NCBI GenBank assembly: GCA_963782115.1
Contig: CAWAIK010000005.1
Span: forward strand, 32,001 to 96,000
Source of the DNA: an uncultured Verrucomicrobiae bacterium
Lineage (GTDB): Bacteria > Verrucomicrobiota > Verrucomicrobiia > Chthoniobacterales > JAFAMB01
Direction: 5' to 3'
Length of the DNA stretch: 64,000 bases
Shown: piece by piece, positions 30,205 to 41,173 of the stretch
How the letters are laid out: each line of letters begins with the position of its first letter
Numbering within the stretch: the first letter of the stretch is position 1
Position numbers and translations under genes: made by a program
The notes under the pieces: generated by a model
Seen by the model: the letters and a program-made list of their open reading frames with translations, nothing else
Told to the model about the DNA's origin: nothing
Databases searched by the model: none

Positions 30205-31578
30205 TCAGGCCGCGGCGGTTTGAACCATGGTGGGGTAGCCAACAACATTTGTTGGCGTGCTGCGCCGGGCCTCAATCTGTTTGCGCAGAAGTGTCACCGC
30301 GTCCAGGCAGGAAGGGCGCCGGGCGGCGTTGCGCCACTTTGGGAGCAGTTCATAGTCATTGGTGCGCTTTGGTCCGTAGGTTTCCAGGACGCTCAGGAGC
30401 ATTAAGCTGTAGGTCGCGACCATCAAAGCCGGAACACGCGGCACGCTTAAATCCGCCCAGACCTGTGCCTGACCCACTCCAAGGATGCTCTTTTCGTCGC
30501 GATGGTTGATTTCAATTTGCCAACGATCGAAGTAGGCTTGCAAAAGTTTTTTGGCCCTTAACTTGTTATCGTCGCACAACAGGTAGGCTACTTCGCGGTA
30601 ATTGACATTGCCTGCTTTAGTCTTGCGATACGGGATGGGCGCCACGACAAAGAGGCGCAAAAGCCGTCGACCGCCTCCGCGTTGCCAGAGCAGTTGTCTT
30701 ACTTCCTTGTAGCGGATCCTGCGGTATTTGCCGCCGTGAAAGATTTTGGTCTCTTTCCACGGGATAGTGGAATCTTTATAGACCGATTCGGGACTGAAGA
30801 GCTCTGTTCCATAATAGCGACGACCCTGTCCCTGATGGGGAAAACAGAGCCGCAGGTCTTTGCGAGCTCGCGTAATGAGGGTAGTGCGATCCAAAGGTTG
30901 GCGGAAGGTAGTTTTATTGCAGAAGGAGCCGTCGCCCACGGCCATGAGCTCCTTGTCTGCAAAACCATGGGAGTCCAAGTCTTGACGTAGCTCGCCTACC
31001 ATGTCGACAAAGGCCCTGGAGAGGTTATGGGTCTTTTTTGCCTCACGGTAAGCGGCCTTGTCTTCGGTGGTGGCTTTTTTGCCCGGCTTGCGCACGGGAG
31101 TGACTTCCTGAAAACGGATGGGCAGGCCGCGTGGTGAACTTTCTGCATCAAAGTCGTAGAGAGGTGTTAGCAGCGAGGCCTGGAGGAAGCGCTGGCCCCA
31201 GATCAGGTTGGTGTGAAAAGGTGGACTGAGCGGATCACGCAGCCAGCGGGCGCTCTTAATTTTTTTGCCTGAGCGCTTGAGCCCGGTGTCGTCGAAGGCG
31301 ACCACAATCTGTTCTGAGCAGTATTTGCCGACGGCGGTCTGCATGACAGGGTCAAAAAGAGCGTCTGGCTCCCATCGACTGCGGTTGAAGAGCTTGTAAT
31401 CAGCGCTCCAGTCCAGATGTTGGCGATTGTTAAAACCGATGGCCCGCGTGACAGTGCGACGTCCTAAGCCGCAGAGCAAGCCGAGGGCTAGTGCGATGGC
31501 CCGCTCACAGGTACGTTTTTGGCGGAAGGCGGGCGCCCAGCCTTCAAGTAAATGGAGCAAGAAGTTCTCTAAGAGCAT
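30205..31578 (-). CDS. IS701/IS4-like DDE transposase
   Basis: VAFDDT, VGDGSF and YFDRWQIE..HRDEK motifs. Confidence 0.92.
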   Translation of the reverse strand: MLLENFLLHLLEGWAPAFRQKRTCERAIALALGLLCGLGRRTVTRAIGFNNRQHLDWSADYKLFNRSRWEPDALFDPVMQTAVGKYCSEQIVVAFDDTGLKRSGKKIKSARWLRDPLSPPFHTNLIWGQRFLQASLLTPLYDFDAESSPRGLPIRFQEVTPVRKPGKKATTEDKAAYREAKKTHNLSRAFVDMVGELRQDLDSHGFADKELMAVGDGSFCNKTTFRQPLDRTTLITRARKDLRLCFPHQGQGRRYYGTELFSPESVYKDSTIPWKETKIFHGGKYRRIRYKEVRQLLWQRGGGRRLLRLFVVAPIPYRKTKAGNVNYREVAYLLCDDNKLRAKKLLQAYFDRWQIEINHRDEKSILGVGQAQVWADLSVPRVPALMVATYSLMLLSVLETYGPKRTNDYELLPKWRNAARRPSCLDAVTLLRKQIEARRSTPTNVVGYPTMVQTAAA

Positions 31579-32459
31579 CGTTGGCCGCTCTGGGTTAGAC
31601 GCTGCCGAAAGTCCTTGCAGAGCGCCCGCACATAAATGTCTTTTATCGGCACACGGGAAAGTCGGGAGCGATCGTTACGACCACGGCCCTGAGTTTGGCC
31701 CAGCCAGCTCCAGTTGGCCGCTCGATAGCAGGTCCCCCGGAAGCGCTCGCACTCAACAAAGGTCTCGGCCAAGTAAATTGGATGACCGTACTTGAGCTGC
31801 CAATTTGCGGAGAGCATCGACAGCGAAGCGCTTAACAAATAAGAAGCCAGATTTTTGACTCGCACCCAAGGTAGGATCAAAAAACGCTGGTTGTTTGCTA
31901 GGTAGCACAGGTTGGCTTCGCGCTGTGCTCTACTCCAGCCGATGAGCTGGTCACGAACTGCCAGCTTCCACGCCGCGGCCCCATAAAGCAGGCAAGCCAA
32001 GGGACGAGCGTGACAATCAAAAGCCAAATATTTAATGTTCTCACCAGATGCTCCGCTGTAAGGCAGATAATGATAACGCCACAAAAGCCAGTCAAAGAGA
32101 GCTAACTCTTCGGGGCTCTGCGTCGGTAGGATGCTGAGCGGTTCCAACATCCTGAGCTGGCTTTGGATCGGCTCAACCAGCGGCTGGGCGATGGGAGCCA
32201 CTGGGCGAAAAGGGCAGCCGTTATTGGCGGACTTCTGACGGGCCGGCAAGCAGATCAGGCCTTTTTGCTCCAGTTTCAGGAGCATCGAGCGGCAGGCCAT
32301 ATCCTTGAGCTGTCCTACGTGATTTCGCCACTGCCACCGTTGTGCAATGTGCACAGAGAGCTTGGTCCGGTTCCAGCCAGGATGAGCGTCAATGAGTTGG
32401 CGGATCCATTCCAGATCATTTGCTTCTAAAGTACGGCTCTGAACATATAATGACTCCAT
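31569..32459 (-). CDS. DUF4338 (Druantia DruA-like) protein
   Basis: LKDMACRSMLLKL, YHYL, AAWKLAVRDQLIGW, NNQRFLILPWVRVKNLAS, ETFVE and GTCYRAANW motifs. Confidence 0.85.
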   Translation of the reverse strand: MESLYVQSRTLEANDLEWIRQLIDAHPGWNRTKLSVHIAQRWQWRNHVGQLKDMACRSMLLKLEQKGLICLPARQKSANNGCPFRPVAPIAQPLVEPIQSQLRMLEPLSILPTQSPEELALFDWLLWRYHYLPYSGASGENIKYLAFDCHARPLACLLYGAAAWKLAVRDQLIGWSRAQREANLCYLANNQRFLILPWVRVKNLASYLLSASLSMLSANWQLKYGHPIYLAETFVECERFRGTCYRAANWSWLGQTQGRGRNDRSRLSRVPIKDIYVRALCKDFRQRLTQSGQRCS

Positions 32460-32641
32460 TTCCGGACGTCACTACACCGAACGAAATTTCGAGGCCAGCA
32501 AAAAAATAAAAAACTTTTGCCTGGCGAAAAATCTAAGATCTCACCCGGCTTAGCCGTCTCGAAATGTCCAAACTGCAGGGCCTGAAAGGCTATATCTCAA
32601 ACTGGCGCTGTTAGGAAGCGTTCGAGATGTCCAAACTGGAG

Positions 32642-32770
32642 AATAGCGATTACCAGTCGGCCGAAGAAATGCATGCTGGCGATCGACCGCTATTTCGATA
32701 AAAGAAACGAAAACTTCAGAGCTCGTCCAAAGCGAGCTGGAAAGAAGATCTAGGGAAAGAAATCGTTGAC
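32642..32770 (+). pseudogene. IS630-like transposase C-terminal remnant
   Basis: NSDYQSAEE..LAIDRYFDKRNENFRARPKRAGKKI*GK. Confidence 0.6.
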
Positions 32771-32986
32771 CCGTCTTTCGACGAGGCTAACAACTGCAAA
32801 GATCCGCGATGGTAAGTCCGAAATGAGAGGAAGACGACATCATCGTGGCCGCCGGGAGTTGGCTTGGGGGTTAGTTTTCGTGTTTTCGCTTACGATTTCC
32901 CTAAAATCTCCGAATACGGTGAGTCGTTGGTGGCACCGGAATGCGTCGGAGAAACGGCCATTCCGGCGACCGGCCGACGTGGTCTC

Positions 32987-33345
32987 TCAACTACGCCGGA
33001 CTCGGATCTTAGTGTCTGACACGATCATAAAGCATCCTTTCCAACTCTCCACGTCGTAGGTTTCGAAAACCGAGGCCAGTAAATTCAGCAACTCCACACA
33101 CGCCCAGGATGCTGCAAGCGCACCAGCATCATGCCAGCGTGGGTTCCCGGCTGGAACTTCCGCAAGTCAGAGAAATCCAAATCCTGCGTGATGAGCAAAC
33201 GATTCTCGTCCTGGCAACGAATCCAAATCTCTTGGTCCTTTTTCCCAACTAAGCCTTCGTCTTTGACTGTACGCACGTCGTGCCCGTGCGACGCGAGAAC
33301 CCGCGCCACAGAAACGGGAATATTTTCGTCCAGCTTGATTTTCAA
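32987..33345 (-). pseudogene. DUF5615/PIN-like (VapC45-type) toxin, frameshifted
   Basis: MKIKLDEN, GHDV and LLITQDLDF motifs. Removing 2 nt from the GTGTGTG run near 33097 restores RVELLNLL...SWKGCFMIVSDTKIRVRRS*. Confidence 0.8.
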
Positions 33346-33495
33346 CTAGCCGCTGGCAGAACCTGTGTCGGAAGATCTTCTTTTGCGGACGCTGCCGCGA
33401 AAGCCACGACTGCGCGCAGCTGATCCTCGGTCAGAGACGGATAATCCTCGAGGATCTGTTCGAAGGAACTACCGTCGGCCAGACTCCCTGGAATT
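33342..33495 (-). pseudogene. DUF433 antitoxin, 5' end lost
   Basis: SLADGSSFEQILEDYPSLTEDQLRAVVAFAA; 4-nt overlap with the PIN gene. Confidence 0.8.
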
Positions 33496-33584
33496 TGTCG
33501 ATCGTACCTACCCTGGCGCCGCGCGGAAGTGTCCGCCGTACGGCGGCGACCTGTGCGTTGTACGGAGCCACGATTAGAATATCG

Positions 33585-33720
33585 GCCAACGTGTATGTGT
33601 TTAGCGCGATGTCTCAGCAGCTCAAAAGCCTTTTGCCTTACATCGCGCGCTACGAAAAACAGATCGCCGAACTCTTCCATGCTCATCCGCATAGCTTCCT
33701 GTTTCGGGATTTACTGGGCC
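33585..33720 (+). pseudogene. IS110-like transposase internal fragment
   Basis: QQLKSLLPYIARYEKQIAELFHAHPHSFLFRDL resembles the segment preceding the IS110 C-terminal domain. Confidence 0.55.
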
Positions 33721-33909
33721 TTTGGCACCGATCGGGGGCTTAGATGTGGCTCCAGGCGTAGGCCGTTTCTATCGAAAGGATTGTCTTTGTGACCTTTGTG
33801 ATCTTCTGTGTAAATGATTTTTCTTCGTTTCCCCGGCACTAAGACAGAAAAAAAGCAAAAGTCATTTTTGAACAGAAGATCGCAAAGATCACAAAGAGTC
33901 ACTGTCTTT
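33662..33909 (-). repeat. 248-bp inverted duplicate, copy 2
   Basis: Reverse complement of 28144-28391. Confidence 0.9.
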
Positions 33910-34018
33910 AAGCTACAATTTAAGTGCAAGAGTCTACGATTTAGCTGCAATCTGCTTTGCAATTGAATCGTAGACTCCGAGGGAGAGTATCCATTTCCGG
34001 TCTACGATTTAACTGCGA
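33903..34018 (+). repeat. Array of four 17-bp motifs, resembling a transposon end
   Basis: CTACRATTYARNTGCRA at 33913, 33934, 34002 and inverted at 33957, preceded by TGT at 33903. Confidence 0.6.
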
Positions 34019-34058
34019 TCGACAGGCAGTTCGCCGCGTACCATGGCAACGAGGGATA

Positions 34059-34275
34059 TCACGTTTTGTTTGTGCTCAACCCCTTAAGCAGTTGCTGGAC
34101 AGTTTCGGGTACGATGGCCTTGAGTGGAGAGCCTTTGATTTTCCCCTCGATTGACATAGCAACCAGTCCGTGGAGTGCCGCACCAAGGGTGAGGGCCAAA
34201 CGATCGGGATCGCCTGCGACGATCTTGCCTGCGTCTTGACCCTCTTTCAATCGTTCCAGATGCTATATGAGTCAC
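34059..34275 (-). pseudogene. TetR-family C-terminal fragment
   Basis: EGQDAGKIVAGDPDRLALTLGAALHGLVAM. Confidence 0.6.
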
Positions 34276-34639
34276 GGACTTAATGCACTAGTGGCTTTCG
34301 ATGGGCATCTTCAGAAGATTGTTCCCGGGATCGTCCGTGGCATCGTGACTCGGCCAAAGGCTTGATGTAACCGAGACGGCCGGCGGTATTCGGCCGATTC
34401 GCTATTATTTCGAGGCCGAGCTCGAACTACGACGATAATTAACAACTCAGCACGAGAATGCGCCCCCAGCGTGGATGCAACGGTATAGTGGAGTGGCCAT
34501 CCGACTAGAAAACGTGCTGGCGCTGAATAGTGAATAGCAAGGGGCCGTTTGATCGCTTGGTAAGGTGAGGATGGAGCGCATGGTCACGCATCGCTGCCGG
34601 GGTTGTCGGTGCTCTACGACGCACGGCCATGATCCTGAA

Positions 34640-34752
34640 GACCGAAGAATCGAAAGTGGCCATGAGCTTGCCGCTCTCGGCCTCCCAGAGCCGCGCGGTC
34701 GGGTCCCCCTGAAATGAGCACTCGCCGGCCGTCCTGGCTCAAGACTGCACTA
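34640..34752 (-). pseudogene. WD40-repeat fragment
   Basis: SAVLSQDGRRVL..DPTARLWEAESGKLMATF, with a frameshift. Confidence 0.65.
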
Positions 34753-34983
34753 TTTACCGTTCTCGGCTACGTTGTAAAGAATCGAGTAAGGGAATCTTGT
34801 CACCCGACAGTGTCGAACGCCCGCTGCAATCTCCCGAAATCGATGCGGCTCAGAACCAATCTTTGCGATCGCCAATTCGACAGCATCCGCAAACTTCACT
34901 CCAATCTTCTCACCGCTTCCGGAATAAAATACCATCGCATCAAGATACTCTCGCCGTGCGTCTTCATCGAAACGCAGCCTCAT
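34750..34983 (-). pseudogene. RelE/ParE toxin, C-terminally truncated
   Basis: MRLRFDEDARREYLDAMVFY...RFPYSILY; the typical last strands are missing. Confidence 0.8.
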
Positions 34984-35055
34984 CGCTCTGCTATACGACG
35001 TGCCTCCGCAAACACTTCAAAGGCATCAATAGTCTTTCGTTCGCCGGCTTTTGGA
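34980..35055 (-). pseudogene. Addiction-module antitoxin 3' remnant
   Basis: KAGERKTIDAFEVFAEARRIAER* overlaps the toxin ATG (ATGA). Confidence 0.55.
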
Positions 35056-35243
35056 TTAATCTCACTCTTTGCGATGTTGCTCGACCACTCTCCGCTCGTC
35101 TGGTGGCATACGGCGTTCAACAAGCTTAAGTTAGAATTCGTGATTGAATAAGCCCGAGTGAGATCCGTAACCTTTGCGGAAACGCCCTCTATCTTGTTCG
35201 TCGCTCGACTGAACTGGGCATTTACACGGCCCTCGTGGAAACT

Positions 35244-36740
35244 TCACTTGGGCAGCGTATCTTTGTAGATTGCGCCATCCTTCATAATGACCAGGAAGTT
35301 TTTGTCGGGGTCTGCGACGAGCTTGATATTTTCCAACGGATTGCCGTCGACCAGCAGCAGATCTGCGAGTGCGCCTTCTTCCACGACACCAAGCTTGCCT
35401 GGATAGGGATTGATAAACCCGGAAAGAGCCATCAACTCGCCATTGTCTGCCGTGGCCATCTTGAGCGCTTCGGCCGGGGTGTACCAGCGGACCATCTTGG
35501 CAAGCTGCGCTCCCTGCCTGCTGGCAGCCCTCGCGTCGAACAGAAGGTCGGTACCAAAGGCCGTCTTGATTTTGTACTTCTTCGCTAGTTTGTAGGCGTT
35601 GTCCGTCCCGGCGAACACCTCCCGCGCCTTCTTTTGAGACACCGGATTCAGGTTCACGGTGAGCGATTCTTCTTCAAGATCCAAAAAGGGTTGAAGGCTC
35701 CACCAGATGCCTTTATCCGCCAGCAACTGGGCGGTTGGCTCATCTATCAACTGGCCATGTTCGATGCATTTGACCCCGGCGGCGACCGCTTGTCGGATCG
35801 CACGCGGCGTATACGCGTGTACGGTGACATATGTGCCCCAATTCTCGGCCGCCTCTACCGCGGCGCGAATCTCCGGTTCAGTGTATTGGGTCGATTCGAT
35901 CGGATTGTAAGGTGAGGCGACCCCGCCACCTGCCATAAGCTTGATCTGACTGGCGCCCTGTCTCAACTGTTCTCTCGCTCGCAACCGGACCTCATCCGGA
36001 CTGTCGGCAATCGCTGCGACGCCCTCGACCTCGGAGTGGCTCAGCGGACCGCCCAGCGTACGCGGAAGTTCAAAGCGGAAGCGAAAGTCTCCATGGCCTG
36101 AGGTTTGTGAGATGAAAGCGCCCGAGGGATAAATGCGCGGACCAATTATGACGCCTTCATCAATGGCGCGCTTGAGCCCGAACACGGGACCTCCAAGGTC
36201 GCGAACGGTGGTGAAACCTCTCATTAGCGTCGATTTAGCCTGTCGCGCTGCCAACAGGTGAAGGTAGGAAGGGTCGGCGGTCATCATGAGCAACTGGGAT
36301 GTCGCCGCCATAAAAGCATGCCAATGCGCGTCAATGAGGCCTGGCATCAGCACCCGCCCGTCTGCCGCTATGACGCGGACGTTCTTATTGGTGTCGACGA
36401 TGATCGGGCTGGCAGATATGCGCTCAATGATGTTGCCTCTGACCAGCACATTGGAGGGGGTCGATAGCGCGGCACTCTTACCGTCGAAGATGCAGACGTT
36501 CTGAAAAAGCGTTACCCCGCCGTTGACCAGAGTGGCGGGAGGTGCCAAATCCGGCCCTGCTAAGTCGTAGTCTTGCGCCAGGCTCGCCTGCCAAAGCCCG
36601 ACTAAAAGTGCCGCCAACACCAGCGATGGACATAGCATAAGTTTCAACTTCCGGACCACCCTGCCCAAGGCGAAAACTGGGCAAACAGCACCCACCGCTA
36701 GCACCGGCCCAATTTGTGCCCAGTTACTTTTGGAGTTCAT
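35244..36740 (-). CDS. Exported metal-dependent amidohydrolase (prolidase/imidazolonepropionase-like)
   Basis: MPGLIDAHWH, GFTTVRDLGG, QIKLMAGGG, VHAY, IEHG and FGTD motifs; signal-like segment. The start is uncertain (36740 or 36638). Confidence 0.92.
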   Translation of the reverse strand: MNSKSNWAQIGPVLAVGAVCPVFALGRVVRKLKLMLCPSLVLAALLVGLWQASLAQDYDLAGPDLAPPATLVNGGVTLFQNVCIFDGKSAALSTPSNVLVRGNIIERISASPIIVDTNKNVRVIAADGRVLMPGLIDAHWHAFMAATSQLLMMTADPSYLHLLAARQAKSTLMRGFTTVRDLGGPVFGLKRAIDEGVIIGPRIYPSGAFISQTSGHGDFRFRFELPRTLGGPLSHSEVEGVAAIADSPDEVRLRAREQLRQGASQIKLMAGGGVASPYNPIESTQYTEPEIRAAVEAAENWGTYVTVHAYTPRAIRQAVAAGVKCIEHGQLIDEPTAQLLADKGIWWSLQPFLDLEEESLTVNLNPVSQKKAREVFAGTDNAYKLAKKYKIKTAFGTDLLFDARAASRQGAQLAKMVRWYTPAEALKMATADNGELMALSGFINPYPGKLGVVEEGALADLLLVDGNPLENIKLVADPDKNFLVIMKDGAIYKDTLPK

Positions 36741-36781
36741 TGTGTATGCTCTTTTTCTGCCTCTGAACTGTCGAATTGAAT

Positions 36782-37061
36782 CTAGTGCACCGTCTCGCAT
36801 TATAATGGTGATGTCGCCGCAGGTCAGTTGGCTGTTTTTCAAGGCGCGAGCGAAGCGCCCATATCTGAGTCATACGGGTCGAGCGAGCAACGCGGAAAAA
36901 CAGCCAACTGGCCGCGGCCCGGAGGGTTGCGTTGAAAATGGGCCGGCGGCCGCGTTGCTCGTCGGTTACGTATCGATTCAGATATGCGCCCTCCTTGCGC
37001 CTTGCCGACGGCCCATTTTGAACGCAACGCCATCACCATTATATGCGAGACGGTGCACTAG
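36782..37061. mobile_element. Complete 280-bp palindromic MITE
   Basis: About 30-bp IRs CTAGTGCACCGTCTCGCAT(T)ATAATGGTGATG with CTAG at both ends; two internal hairpins; partial copies at 18769 and 26535. Confidence 0.88.
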
Positions 37062-37699
37062 AGGCAGTGGCTATGTGTTCCCCCCAAGGGAAGGTGGTCG
37101 AAGACTTTGAGATCGAACATTCGGCATGCAGGAACCAGGATTGGCAACAAAGCCATTGCGGCTGCCATCCGCCGAGAAAATGCGTGGCGCACTTGAGAAT
37201 TCTGTCGTTCTTGTCTTTCATTTTGTGGCTTTCACGGTAGCCGGATGCTTCGGTGAGCCTTTTTTAGCGTTAGCTGCTGCTGCGAAAAAGAGGAAGGAAA
37301 ATAACAGACCTCCGCGCGACGATTGCCAGACTATCCGTTTAGTCCTTAAGGTCCTATAAATTATAGAAACAAAGCGGCTAGAGCATGGCCAATTCCACGC
37401 CGACTCGGCCATCACCCACCGCCCGAAACCCGGATAACCACCCATCGAAATGCTCCTCCGACAGGATGAGTCTCGCTACCGGAGCTCATCCAGACCGCAG
37501 GCGGATTCGGCAACCAGACTCCGGAGGCAAACAGATGCTCTTTCATGTTCAACAGATCTCCAGGGCGAAACTGATATTCCCATTTTTGTCGCTGCCGGTG
37601 GTCCACCTAGGCCAGAATGTTTGAAGAAGAGACCCTGTCAGTATGAACCTGCGCGAGCTGCTGCGGCGCCTCTCCGCATATCGATTAGCGAACAGCTGT

Positions 37700-37895
37700 C
37701 ACCAGTTACGCGACCAGGCGAAGACAGTAGACCAGGTCATTGCCAGCGTGCCGGTTCGGGCGTTTAGCCAGGCGAACAAAGCACAGTTTTACGTCTCGAT
37801 GTCGCGCGCTCGCTACGCGATGCACTTGCTTACTGACAGCAAGGAGGAAGGTAGCGCTGCGGGATGCCGTCACTAGACCGATCACAAAGACTCTC
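37700..37895 (+). pseudogene. MobF/TrwC relaxase-helicase C-terminal fragment
   Basis: QAKTVDQVIASVP...QFYVSMSRAR..MHLLTDSK..LRDAV (helicase motifs V and VI). Confidence 0.7.
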
Positions 37896-37933
37896 GCACG
37901 CCGCGACAAGCACTGTCTATCGGAACAAATGGA

Positions 37934-41173
<3,240 letters not shown>

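Larger units (their letters stand above)
30137..32578 (-). mobile_element. Two-gene IS (DUF4338 plus DDE transposase)
   Basis: Perfect 17-bp IRs CTGCAGTTTGGACATTT; 13-bp target duplication GGCCTGAAAGGCT at 30124-30136 and 32579-32591. Confidence 0.93.

Noticed and set aside
31569..32459. Complete Druantia defence system
   Set aside because: No DruE helicase or other dru genes are present; the ORF lies inside an IS.
33496..33692. N-terminus of the 116-aa DUF433 ORF
   Set aside because: It derives from the antisense of an IS110-like fragment and unrelated DNA.
33903..34018. CRISPR array
   Set aside because: Units are 17 bp, irregularly spaced and one is inverted; there are no cas genes. No CRISPR array was seen anywhere in the window.
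36741..36842. N-terminal extension of the amidohydrolase ORF
   Set aside because: It is translated MITE sequence.
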